From assembly GCF_006345805.1 (NCBI RefSeq), contig NC_043002.1, forward strand, positions 109,244,001-109,308,000: 64,000 nucleotides of DNA, read 5' to 3'. How positions within the stretch are numbered: the stretch's first letter is position 1; the number at the start of each line of letters is the position of its first letter. A model generated the notes under the pieces. It searched no databases, had not been told where the DNA came from, and saw only the letters and a list, made by a program, of their open reading frames with translations. Of the stretch, positions 21,901-33,929 are shown one piece after another. The translations under genes were made by a program, and so were the position numbers. The DNA is from Octopus sinensis. Its lineage: Eukaryota.

Positions 21901-23409
21901 GGTTAAACTAAAGCGTTACACCATTCAAAGAAACAAAAAAAAATGTGTGTAATATGTGTAAAACAACTTCCTCTGAACGAATATGAAAAAAAAAATGCGC
22001 GCACGCGAAAGGGGAGTGGGGGAGAGGCCTCGGAAAATTCACATCGGGAATTTCCGAAAGCGTCTGAGGGGCTGACCCGGGCACCAAAACAAAAAAAAAA
22101 TAGTGTAATATATGTAAAACAACTTGCTCTAAACGAATATGACAAAAAAATGCGCACTCGCGAAAGAGGGGTGGGGGAGTACATCGGGAATTTCCGAAAG
22201 CGTCTAACCCGGGCACAAAAACAAAAACAAAAATAGCGTAATAAGTGTAAAACAACTTGCTCTAAACGAATATGATAAAAAAAATGCGCGCTCGCGAAAG
22301 GGGGGGGGGAGAGGCTTCGGAAATTTCACATCTTCAGTCCACGGTCTTTAAACTAAGAAAAAATAGTGTAATTGGTGTAAAACTACTTGTTCTAAACGAA
22401 TATCAAGAACACACACTCACACATGAATCATAAACTCCGTATTTTTGTACATATTTCGCAAAAAAAAAAAAAAAAAAAAGAGAAGAAATTCTGGAAAAAG
22501 GGAAGAAATGTTGGATCTCCGCCATGTGAATCAAAATACGTGTCAGAAACATCTTGAAATACTACAGAAATTATGTTACGAAAATGATAATGTATACATA
22601 CCTCTTTGAGTGGTCCATCGACAGTGATGATAAAGAAATGAGATGGGTTGGAGGAAAAAATTATCTCGGACCAGGATAAAGACTTGCTGCTGCCAATAAG
22701 AATACGTGTATTCTCTTGGCAGCAGGTTTAATGCTGTCCATAAATAGGAACTTGGCGAGGTATTGTTTTAAGTAACAGGCACGAATGCCTGGGCGAACAA
22801 CCGATCTCTTAACTGACCCCCACAATCTCTCTATCGTCTGTGTGTGCACCGACGCGTTTGTCGGATCAACAAAGTTTTCACTGTGGTTGATGCGGAAGTG
22901 GGTATACCCGAGATTTCCAAGAGAGTTATACGCAGCCCAAGAATCACTATATACTACGGACCCTTGGCGTATATATCGGGTAATTAAGGGGATCAGTGTG
23001 GCGGCATCTCGCCTTTCTTCTTCACCACACTCAGATGAAAGAGGTATCAAATTTTTTTTTTTGCCTACTCGCTCTATCCCACCGAAACGCCAGATAGTTT
23101 TTGTGAGTCTTCCACGATTGTATTTTCTTCTTGCAATAACTGTTTCATCAATCTCTACTTCAACTCCTGGTCCACCGATTTGGTCCTGGTAATTCTCTAC
23201 CCAATGCTGACAAACCTCGGAGCAGAAGGATCGCCAATCAATTGAGGTCGGATACGAAATGTTTAAATTTTCCATGACTAATGCATGCGACCAACAGTCT
23301 GTAAGGAAGTAATTTACAAATAACAGGACTTTACAGGGTGGTATCTGACTCCGCTCCAAAAAAGTGTTGCTGTATAGGAATATATAATATCCACATTGCA
23401 TTGGCCTTT
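21901..23409 (-). mobile_element. Merlin-superfamily (IS1595/ISXO2-like) DNA transposon, 5'-truncated
   Basis: ORF 22661-23449: VEIDET..RRKYNRGRL..W.FGGIER..SDSWAAY..INHSENFVDP..HTQTIERLW (DDE). Terminus ggttaaactaaagcg at 21901; four subterminal repeats at 21930-22405. Confidence 0.8.
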
Positions 23410-23731
23410 GCCAGTCATGCGAACCTTGATGAATTGGAAGGATGACCACTTCAAGTATCAGCTACAAATCCTGTAGTCATGAATTTTGCATGGCAATTCT
23501 TGATTATCTTTGCATCAACTTGAGCATGTCTTTCTCTAATGGTCCTTCACCATCTTTGCACTTGAACAACTGATCTCCAAACTTCGTAACGTGCAGCTAG
23601 CTGAGCACGCTCCTGCACAGTAAAACATCCAGCCACGTTTGTAGGGCTTCTAAATTTCAAACAAAATAATCAATCTGAAAAAAAAACAACATGGAATCAA
23701 TTTCCATACATTAAAGAACATACACAACAAA
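23410..23731 (-). repeat. Inverted near-identical copy of the mariner segment 20133-20456
   Basis: The reverse complement matches 20133-20456, with only a few substitutions and a homopolymer difference seen. Confidence 0.9.
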
Positions 23732-23734
23732 TTT

Positions 23735-24072
23735 TGGTCATTTGACTGCGGCCATGCTGGATCACGGTCTTTAGTCAAACAAATCAACCACAGGATTTAT
23801 TCATTGTAAGCTTCGTACTTATTCTATCGAGCTTATTTGCCGAACCGCTAGTTTATGGGTACGTAAACACAGCAGCATCGTTTGTCAAGCGAAGGGGAGG
23901 GGAACAAACACACACATATACGACGGGCTTCTTTAAGTTTCCGTCTACCAAATTCACTCGCAAGGCTTTGGTCGGCCCGAGGCCATAGTAGAAGACACTT
24001 GCCAGAGGTGCCACGCAGTGGGACTGAACCCGGACCCATATGGTTTACCACACAGCCACTCCTGCGCCTATG
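23735..24072 (-). mobile_element. tRNA-derived SINE; paralogous by segmental duplication to 45638-45975
   Basis: Shares an internal deletion (atggtttaccacacag) and substitutions with the 45638-45975 copy. Confidence 0.75.
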
Positions 24073-24479
24073 TTTACAATATTACCCAGAAACGAAGTCG
24101 AAAACAAAAAAACAGTGAAGTGGGTGTAAAAAAAAATCTGTAGAAAACCAATATTGAACTAGAAATGCACAGAAAGCAACGGGTGGGTGAGAAGAGAACT
24201 TTGGAAAATTCACAAGATCCTAGTTTTCCTCTCATACCTTATTACAATCTGCAATCTGGGATTAACATATCCAGTGAGTTTTAAGATGTATGTAACAGAA
24301 ATTTTGTTTTAATATTATACTTTCACTTATTTCACACACACAAACAATAACGTGGTATTTGTATATTCCCTTCTCTCTCCTGCCCAGACTTCGTTACCAA
24401 TAATTTTTATTACTTCAGCATTTTCACTTATTATTCTTTACAAACTTATTTGAATTTTCAATCTAAAACCTGTTAATTC

Positions 24480-24840
24480 TTTCAATACTCTCTGGACACC
24501 AGAAAGTCTCTAATGTTTACCAGCAAATGTGAACCTGGACACACAACCATCACACCTAGCCACGTGTTTAAGAGACTAGCCGACATTACACAAAATCAGT
24601 AACAGCAATTTACAGAAGACAGGTTAGTTAATTGGACTGACAGTTAATTAACTGAAAAACTTTGATATCAACCCAGGATGGGAAATAATTATCTATATTA
24701 AACACATGCAAAACAATAGATAAACAAACATATATATATATTGCTGCTCGTGAATAACTATAACTTGTTAACATCAAACATAAACATCTGCTAATTAATC
24801 ATAACTCCCGCTATGACGACTCGACTTCCGTAAATGTTTT
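24480..24840 (-). promoter_or_regulatory. Degenerate orphan copy of the exon-1/intron-1 module
   Basis: The reverse complement matches 44895-45200 (tttacggaagt..gtcgtc..gcgggag; ccaggttcacatttgctggtaaacattagagactt). E-box, CCAAT and donor are not recognisable. Confidence 0.55.
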
Positions 24841-24997
24841 GTGAGAAACTTAGAATGCTGTGTAGCAAGGAAATTGTAAACGGCGAGAATATGACGTAAT
24901 AGTCATGTTGTCCGAACGAGTATAATTGTTAGTTTCCCATTGGTTAAAATTACTGCCCATATTTGAATTCTAAACTTTCGTCAAAGAGAAATCTTTG

Positions 24998-26182
24998 GAT
25001 CTTTTCCTTTTGAACGGCACTTTGTAACATAATTTCTAGGTAACTAAAAAGTTTTAAACTTCGTATACTGGTAGAATGTGTTTATAAAACATCATTTTCT
25101 CTTGGCTTTATTGAGAAAATTCTATAAGTTGTAACATATTTCGTCTTTAATTTCAAGCATTTCGGCAATTTTAACCAATCACTGATGTCCACTTAGGTAA
25201 ATAGCATTCTGTGCATAACGAATATGTCCCTCGTTTAAGAAACAGATTAGGTTTATTTACATTTGCGAAGAAAAAAAGATACCCTTCCCCAACCCCTAAC
25301 CTTAAATCTAAAATAGATTGAAATGCAATAGATCGATACTAGGGCCATAATTATGGGTGACATTTTCATTTGACACCGCTAGAAAAAAATCCCATTTTCC
25401 GTAGCAGTGTCGTATGAAATTGTCACCCATAATTATAACCCTAGTATCGATCTATTGCATTTCAATCTATTTTAGATTTAGGGTTAGGGGTTGGGGAAGG
25501 GTATTTTTTACTTCGCAAATGTAAATAAACCCAATCCGTTTCTTAAACGAGGGACATATTCATTATGTTATTTACCTAAATGGATGTCAGCGACTGGTTA
25601 AAATTGCCGAAATGCTCAAAATTAAAGATGAAATATGTTACAACATATAGAATTTTCTCAATAAAGCCAAGAAAAAATGATGTTTTATAAACACATTCTA
25701 CCAGTATATGAAGTTTAAAACTTTTTAGTTACCTAGAAAGTGCTGTTCAAAAGGAAAAGATCCAAATCTTTCACGAAATATGGGGAGCTTTTCGGTTTGA
25801 ACGGCAGTTTTTTCTAGTGGTGCCATATGAAATTGTCACCCATAATTATGACCCTAGTATCGATCTATTGCATTTCAATCTGTTTTAGGGTTAGGGGTGG
25901 GGAAAGGGTATCTTTTTTTCTTCAAAAATGTAAATAAACACAATCTGTTTCTTAAACGAAGGACATATTCATACGGCACAGAATGTTTTCACCTCAATAG
26001 ACGTCATTGATTGGTTGAAATTGCAGAAAAACAACAACAAATATTTTACAAAATATAGAATTTTCTCAATAAAGCCAAGAGAAAAAGATGTTTTATAAGC
26101 ACATTCTACCAGTATACGAAGTTTAAAAGTGTTTAGTTATGTGGAAATTATTTTTAAAAATTGCCGGTCAAACCGAAAAGAT
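24998..26182. mobile_element. Three adjacent copies of a ~400-bp MITE (TIR cttttcggtttgaacgg); the first two are inverted to each other
   Basis: Copies at 24998-25388, about 25404-25762 (reverse) and 25788-26182 (reverse); a single full copy lies at 37110-37515. Confidence 0.75.
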
Positions 26183-26278
26183 TCAATTCATGTATGAGCA
26201 GTTATAAAAACCCTAATTTTGGGGATATTAATCACTGAATTGTTGTGTAAACTCTAGTAGTTGGGTATGAAAGAATTA

Positions 26279-26470
26279 CCGTAAATCCTCGAGTATAGTC
26301 CGCCCTTGAGTATAACACGCAGGGGATTTTTAGTGGGCTGTACCTCTGAAAAACCTAAACCTTGTGTATAATACGCAACTCTTCTCTAACTTGAGTCAAG
26401 GAGGTCTATATACCGTCCTTGGTTTGTAAAAATGTATATGATAACGTCCTTTATTATTATTGTATATATA
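26279..26470 (+). mobile_element. pogo/Tigger-like terminal fragment
   Basis: ta-ccgtaaatcctcgagtata..ccgccctt gagtataa resembles Tigger-type termini; no second terminus found. Confidence 0.4.
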
Positions 26471-27009
26471 ACATAATGCAAACGTGTAGCTTTTTTGTAC
26501 ATTTTGTTTGCAGAAAATAAAGAAATAACAGTAATAACGTTTAATAAATATTCTAGTATTTTTACTTATCATACCATGAGTTAGTTGGCCTTATCTATCT
26601 TCTTCATCCTTTCCATGCTATTCCAGGATTTACTTGTGTAAAGGGGACACATCCCAATTTGCATCATTCTCTATGATGGCCTTGTATTTAGTCCTGACTC
26701 CTTTGTACATTTTGATACTATCCCTTTGACAGAAGCCAGACAACTGCATGCAGTGGTTGGAGTGTTCTATGTCTCCCTATTTCTGTTGTGTTGCTAGTAG
26801 TAATAACAAGTTTTCTCACTCTAACCATATTGTATGATACATGCGACCTAACAAGTAACATTTACTACAATTTACTAAAAGAAAAATTTTCTACATTTTC
26901 CAAAGAATACATAAAACACATTATAAACATTTATAGTAATTTAATAACATAAATTCTTTAATACAAATATCACAACAAAATGGTTTTATAATATGCTTTC
27001 CTACAAAAG

Positions 27010-28965
27010 TCAGTGGTAAGGTTTATCTCCATCATTAAAAGTACATTTATGAGAAGATATATAATCACTACGATGAAATGATTTCCCACAAATAACACAG
27101 CTGTATGGTTTTTCCCCAGTATGGGTACGATTATGCCTTATTAAACACCTCAAGTTAGAAAATGCTTTGCCACAGATTTCACAGTAATGTGATTTCTCTC
27201 CAGTGTGTGTATGTATATGTCCTTTTAAGCTGCCACTATTGGAAAATTCCTTGCCACAAACATCACAGTGATATGGTTTTTCTCCAGTATGAGTGCGTTT
27301 ATGAACTAATAGGACAGATTTTTCAGAAAATGCTTTGCCACAGATTTCACAGTAGTGTGGCTTTTCCCCAGTATGAATACGTGTATGTTCTGTTAAGCTG
27401 CTCTTATGTGAAAATTCTTTCCCACATATTAGACAGTGATATGGTTTCTCTCCTGTGTGAATACGTCTGTGTCTTTTTAAAGTCCCATTTTGAGAAAATG
27501 CTTTGCCACAGATTTCACAGTGATGTGGTTTTTCTCCAGTATGAATACGATTGTGTTTCTTTAAGCTGCACCTATCAGAAAAGTCTTTTCCACAAACTTC
27601 ACAGTGATATGGTTTCTCTCCTGTGTGAATACGTTTGTGTAATGTTAAGACATATTTTTCAGGAAATGATTTCCCACAGATTTCACAGCGGTGTCGTTTT
27701 TCCCCTGTGTGAGTACGTTTATGCCTTATTAAGGTACCACTACTTGTAAATCCTTTCCCACATACTTCACAAGCATATGGCTTCTCTCCAGTGTGAACTC
27801 GTTTGTGGACTGTTAAAGACTCTTTCACAGAAAATGTTTTATCACAGATTTCACAGTGGTAAGGTTTTGAGTGCACGCCTCTGTGTTTTTCACAATCACT
27901 CACATTAGAAAAAGCTTTCCCACAGTCATCACACCTGTATGGCTTCTCTCCAGTGTGAGTACGTTTATGTCTTGATAAATTACCAAGTCGAGAAAATGGC
28001 TTGCCACAGATTTCACAATGGTATCGCTTTTCTCCAGTGTGAATAAGTTGATGACTTCTCACATTATGAAACTGTGAAAATGCTTTGCCACAGATTTCAC
28101 AGTGATGTGGTTTTTCTCCAGTATGAATACGATTGTGTTTCTTTAAGCTGCACCTATCAGAAAAGTCTTTTCCACAAACTTCACAGTGATATGGTTTCTC
28201 TCCTGTGTGAATACGTTTGTGTAATGTTAAGACATATTTTTCAGGAAATGATTTCCCACAGATTTCACAGCGGTGTCGTTTTTCCCCTGTGTGAGTACGT
28301 TTATGCCTTATTAAGGTACCACTACTTGTAAATCCTTTCCCACATACTTCACAAGCATATGGCTTCTCTCCAGTGTGAACTCGTTTGTGGACTGTTAAAG
28401 ACTCTTTCACAGAAAATGTTTTATCACAGATTTCACAGTGGTAAGGTTTTGAGTGCACGCCTCTGTGTTTTTCACAATCACTCACATTAGAAAAAGCTTT
28501 CCCACAGTCATCACACCTGTATGGCTTCTCTCCAGTGTGAGTACGTTTATGTCTTGATAAATTACCAAGTCGAGAAAATGGCTTGCCACAGATTTCACAA
28601 TGGTATCGTTTTTCTCCAGTGTGAATAAGTTGATGACTTCTCACATTATGAAACTGTGAAAATGCTTTGCCACAGATTTCACAGTTGTACGGTTTCTCCC
28701 CTGTGTGTGTACGTTTGTGAATCTTTATATAACCTTTATCAGAAAATGATTTTCCACATATTTCACAGTGAAATGGTTTCTCTCCTGTATGTGTACGTTT
28801 GTGTTCTGTTAAATAAGCTTTTACAGAGAATGCCTTCTCACATACTTCACAGTGGTATGGCTTTTCCCCAGTATGAGTGCGCCTATGAATAGCTAAATTA
28901 CATTTTGTAGTAAGTACTTTACCACAAATGCCACATTTGTAACGTTTGCTCCCTTTCTGATACAT
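27010..28965 (-). CDS. Poly-C2H2 zinc-finger protein, paralog D (22 canonical fingers plus 1 atypical finger)
   Basis: 651-aa intact ORF; acceptor at 29091-29092; retains the C-terminal fingers lost in A, B, C and E. Confidence 0.92.
   Translation of the reverse strand: MYQKGSKRYKCGICGKVLTTKCNLAIHRRTHTGEKPYHCEVCEKAFSVKAYLTEHKRTHTGEKPFHCEICGKSFSDKGYIKIHKRTHTGEKPYNCEICGKAFSQFHNVRSHQLIHTGEKRYHCEICGKPFSRLGNLSRHKRTHTGEKPYRCDDCGKAFSNVSDCEKHRGVHSKPYHCEICDKTFSVKESLTVHKRVHTGEKPYACEVCGKGFTSSGTLIRHKRTHTGEKRHRCEICGKSFPEKYVLTLHKRIHTGEKPYHCEVCGKDFSDRCSLKKHNRIHTGEKPHHCEICGKAFSQFHNVRSHQLIHTGEKRYHCEICGKPFSRLGNLSRHKRTHTGEKPYRCDDCGKAFSNVSDCEKHRGVHSKPYHCEICDKTFSVKESLTVHKRVHTGEKPYACEVCGKGFTSSGTLIRHKRTHTGEKRHRCEICGKSFPEKYVLTLHKRIHTGEKPYHCEVCGKDFSDRCSLKKHNRIHTGEKPHHCEICGKAFSQNGTLKRHRRIHTGEKPYHCLICGKEFSHKSSLTEHTRIHTGEKPHYCEICGKAFSEKSVLLVHKRTHTGEKPYHCDVCGKEFSNSGSLKGHIHTHTGEKSHYCEICGKAFSNLRCLIRHNRTHTGEKPYSCVICGKSFHRSDYISSHKCTFNDGDKPYH
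27494..28685 (-). repeat. 582-bp (194 aa, 7-finger) tandem duplication inside D
   Basis: gaaaatgctttgccacagatttcacagt recurs at 27494, 28076 and 28658. The only difference seen between copies is C/T at 28027/28609 (synonymous). Confidence 0.95.
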
Positions 28966-29394
28966 TCTCTCAGTTAAATTTTACAGTTTTCTTTCACTCT
29001 ATTAAGATATTAGTTGGTAGATAAATCTCTATCCCAGCACTGCTGACTTGCAGTATCCTCTGCAGAAATTCTTTCATCTGGAAATCTGTCCTGAAAGAAA
29101 AACAAACAAATAAATATTAGATACTAATGACCAAATATTTGTGAAATAACTACTTGTGTAGTGTGTGATTGACTATTCTCAACAAAATCTCATAAAGTTT
29201 TCATGATCAATACTCAGTGGATCACACCTCTCATCTATATTGTCTTCTGCCTATTTTGCTATGGTCTACCCCCGTATCTATGTTTATGTTCCTTCAACCC
29301 TTTTGATACCAACCTGGCTGAGACTGCCTCTGGCTCTGTAGTAGAAAAAATGTCTTATATTGAAAATTAATAGAAAGAAACAGAGCATCTCTAC

Positions 29395-29560
29395 AGAAAT
29401 ATGGTTAAAACATTTCTAGAAAATGTCTCCCAACAGATTTCACAGCAGAGTGATTGTAGCTGTCTATGAGTGTGGTTGTATTTTATTCAACAAGTACTAA
29501 TTGAAAATTCTTTCCCATGTATTTCAAAGTGCAGTGCTTTTTCATTCTGGCAGTCCGTTT
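29395..29560 (-). pseudogene. Decayed zinc fingers in the intron upstream of D
   Basis: Minus strand: cactttgaaatacatgggaaagaattttc and gctgtgaaatctgttgggagacattttc resemble HCEICGKEFS/CEICGKTFS codons. Confidence 0.45.
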
Positions 29561-29885
29561 GTATCTTATTAAACTAAGAAGCTAATTCAGATTTAAATAA
29601 ATAGAAATTTAATACAAACTGCAACAGCATTGTAAAACAAAATGACAACAACTGTGTTTGCATTATCAGCTTTCAATATTTTTAGTTGTTTTAAGAACTG
29701 AATTACATAAACCTGCATCAGCCTGAAATTTATTTCCTCAGTTTTTAGATGCACAAATCACAAAAACCTATTTTGCTAGCATTAGCATTGACTTCAGTAT
29801 ATTGATGAATGAAGGACATGGTTGGAAGTAGATCTATGATGGGACATGCCCATACAATGATTTCAACTCAATACGGCTTACTTAA

Positions 29886-30088
29886 CCCTTTCGATACCAA
29901 CCCAGCTGAAACCACCTCTGGCTCTGTAGTACAAATCTGTTGTTTTCATAAGTTATAAATTAAAATCTTCCCCCAAACCTTAGTCACAATTTAATGATAA
30001 CCAAGGTATTTTACTAAACTCTTTGTTTTATCTAAAATGAATTGAAAGAAACACAGAGCATCTCAAAATATTTGCAGTAACGAAAGGG
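29886..30088. mobile_element. piggyBac-like MITE
   Basis: TTAA|ccctttcg...cgaaaggg|TTAA. Confidence 0.7.
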
Positions 30089-30518
30089 TTAATATTTAAT
30101 ATTTGCTAATTATAGTGTGGGCATTAGCCCATGATTATGCCTGTAACAAGTTAACTATCATTTATTTGTTTCAGTAATAAGACTGCAGCCATGATGGGGC
30201 ACTGGCTTGAACGGTTGAAACGAACAAATCAAAGCCAGCACTTTTTAAGTCCAGTACATATTATTCTATCGGTCTTTCTCATCAAACCATGAAGTTACAG
30301 GAATGTAAACAATGCAACACTGGTTTCAAGTGTTGGTGATGGTGGGGGGCCTTCCATACGCAACAGGCTTCCACACAGTTTCCATTTACAAAATCTATTC
30401 ACAAAGCATTGGTCAGTCCAGAACAATAATAGAAGACATTTGCTTAAAGTGCTTTGCAGTGGGACTGAACCCAAAACCATGTGGTTGCTAAGTGAGTTTG
30501 CTAACCACAGAGCTAAGA

Positions 30519-30556
<38 letters not shown>

Positions 30557-33215
30557 TGAGCAATGTTCTCTCTAATTTTTTGATGTATGTCTGCACAGAA
30601 ATTTGTATTGAAGCTTTGTTTTTCTTTACAAAGTAAGTACACCTCCATGCAAGTAACCATCACCCAAATGCCATCTTGCTAACCTAAGAAAATGCAGTGC
30701 TATTATAGTATGATATCTACATTGCTATTTGCAACCTAGAGTAAATAATAATGTCCTAACCCTAACAAACCACCTACTTAAGGCCTTCAGCAATTAACCC
30801 ATTCATGCCAAGCGTCCGTTTAAACTGATAATTTATAAGGGTGTAAAACAAATACTTGATACAAATTGTGATTTGTGTATGACTTGTATCAAAGAATGAA
30901 ACATGTTCTTAATGCATATGCAGTCTGTATCAAACAGATTTCAATGAAATTTTTTTCAGGCGACTTTCCGTGCTTGAGGAGACATATTGAGTCAAGTAAA
31001 ATCAAAATCATAATCAAATCAAATTAAATCACAATTAAATGGAATTGTAGTTGTGGCCGATGCCCGTGCTGCCTGCCTGGCTTCTGTACTGGTGGCACGC
31101 AATAAGCACCATGCATGCGTGGGTTGTTGCCAGTGCCACTTGACTTGCTCCCTGTTCCGGTGGCATGTAGAAAGCAACATCTGAACATGGTCGACGCCAG
31201 CTTCCCCTCCCCAACTGGCTCCTGTGCCAGTAGCATGTAAAAAGCACCACCGAACATGGCCAATACCAGTGCCAGTGCTGCCTAACTGACTCCCATGCTG
31301 GTGACACCTAAAAAGCATCCACTACACTCTCAGAGTGGTTGGCATTAGGAAGGGCATCCAGCTGTAGAAACACTACCAAATCTGATTAGAGCCTAGTGCG
31401 GCCTCCTGGCTTGCCAGTCCCCAGTTAAACCATCCAACCCATGCTAGAATAGAAAACGGATGTTAAATGATGATGATGATGATTTAGGTCAAAATAAAAG
31501 TATCTGTGAATTTTCAGGCAATTTCATTCACTAGAATAATTTCGGCACAAATGGGTTATATCCAGCCCATTTAGTTGTTCACACTAGTATCACGCTGGCT
31601 AGAGACTTTTGCAAGATAATCTCAAATGGAAATGAAACATTATCCTTTTTGAGAGATCACAATCTTATTAACCATTTACAAAACGCTCAGGAAAAACGAT
31701 GACCTGTTCACTGCATTTTTAAATGATATCAGATCAGTTTACAAACATTAAAATCAATATTTGATGATTTAAAAAAATTTTGTATAAGATGTAAATGATT
31801 TTTAATAAATCTTATACCATAAACTCTTTATTATGCTCTTTTCCTTTTGCAAAATAAATGTTTAATGATTTTTAACATATTTCATACTACTAACAGTTGG
31901 TAGCTGTCATGCTATAGTAGAAAATGGATGGTAGATTTTAATGTTTGTAAACTGATCTGATATCATTTAAAATAGTAGTACACAGGTCATCATTTAGCCT
32001 GAGCATTTTCTACCTGGTCAATAAGATTGTGATCTCTCGAAAAGGACACTGCTTCATCTTCGCTTGAGATTATTTTGTAAAAGTCTCTGGCCAGCATGGT
32101 GCTTGTGTAGCACTGAAAATGCTCATAAAGCAATGAGATGACAGAAAGCATGTTGGACTCAGTAGCATTTCTTCTTGCTCTTTATATTCTGAGTTCAAAT
32201 TCCACCAAGATCAACTTTGCCTTTCATCTTTTCTTCATTACCACCATCATTTAATGTCTGTTTCCCAAGCTGGCAGGGGCTGGATGGCTTGACAGGAACT
32301 GGCAAAGCCAGAGGTCATACCAGGTTGCATAGTCTATTTTGGCTTGGTTTCTATGGCCGGATGCCCTTTCATGGTCCAGAAAACAAATTACCAATCAGTA
32401 CATTATTTATTTTATATTGCAGTGTCAGGAAAGCTAGGGAATCAATAACTGAAGATAAAGTGGGTTTAAAGGAATAGATAAAAGTTTTGATGATAAATTA
32501 ACATCTTGAGACATTGCTAAAGTATTTGATAGAGTTTTAAAAAAATAAAATTGATTAAAAATCCTTGGTTGCAATATTATTTTAATAACAGATCTCGAGT
32601 GCTTTGTCTAAATAATGTTTCTTGTTACACCATTTCTAGATGTGCAGAGTAGTTTTATAGGTCCTATTCTATTTTCAAACTACAAAAATTCAAAACTAAT
32701 GGTATATATGCTGATGATACCAAATAGTTTTTGTCTAATCTCAAAAATATCGAAATTTCCATTTGATGCACAAAAAATCTATGAATCCAGTAAGAAAACA
32801 TGTGAGAAAGGTTTTATAATGTCTTTAGCGCATAATTATTGAAAATTATTGACAAATTGCTGCACATAATTCTTATTTCATTACTGTAAGTTGAAAATTC
32901 CTTTCTCTAATACTGCATTTTTTCCCCCATAACTATGTTTCACTTTTGTTGTATCAAGTCATAGAAAGTCTTAATCAAACATTGTGTTCACATAATTCTT
33001 TACATTCAAAACCATCATTTTGTCTCTTGCTGGTGTGGCTCCTGGACTTGCCTGTTCCTGACAAACCGTTCAACCCCTGCCAGCATGGAAATTGGACGTT
33101 AAATGATGATGATGATATCTTAATGGACATTATTCAATTTAGCTTCTCTAAAATGTAACATGTTTCAGTGTCAGAACTTTAATCAATTTTTTGTCCTGAA
33201 TTTCTTGTTGTTATT

Positions 33216-33929
33216 GTACATCTCTGTTAGAATCTGCTCTGGTTCAAACTTGGTCCACTGAATGCTGGTATCATCTCTAACAAAGAATTAGAGATTCTAG
33301 CTCAAAATTGTGCTTAACAGTCAACAGAAGGTAAATCTGGAAATATTTCTGTGGTATTTGCCAGGGCTAACTTCTAATGTATTGTAAGGAATGTTCTCAA
33401 GATCTCTGATTCATTTCAGCAATAGGTTAATAAGTTTTGGACTTCTGATTCGAAATTAATTTCCTCTGCATTCTTATAGGCACCTGTGTGTAATTAAGAG
33501 ATTTTGCAAAGTTTTCCTTTTTCCTTTCTCATTATAGGAAATTATGGAACCTGGTTTTGTAAGAAGGTTCTTCAGACAAAAAGAATGGCACCTAAAATAG
33601 CTCCCAATAATCTTTGCTTTCAAGGGGCTAGATTTTAGGTGCTAATAATATTTCCACATTTTCATGGATTTATAGGTCTTCATTTAATGTTGGAAATAAG
33701 AAGTCCAAAACTTATTAACCTATTGCTGAAATGAATCAGAGATCTTGAGAACATTCCTTACAATACATTAGAAGTTAGCCCTGGCAAATACCACAGAAAT
33801 ATTTCCAGATTTACCTTCTGTTGACTGTTAAGCACAATTTTGAGCTAGAATCTCTAATTCTTTGTTAGAGATGATACCAGCATTCAATGGACCAAGTTTG
33901 AACCAGAGCAGATTCTAACAGAGATGTAC
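33216..33929. repeat. Long inverted repeat, 231-bp arms
   Basis: 33216-33446 versus 33699-33929, one mismatch seen, 252-bp spacer. Confidence 0.9.

Noticed and set aside
21930-22405. CRISPR-like repeat-spacer array
   Set aside because: Units are long and degenerate with no unique spacers; eukaryotic transposon context.
22661-23409. Bacterial IS1595 contamination
   Set aside because: Embedded in host SINE and mariner sequence; the eukaryotic Merlin superfamily explains it.
22661-23731. Functional mariner-HTH/Merlin-DDE fusion transposase
   Set aside because: The HTH frame ends in TGA, the frames differ and the ATG is mutated.
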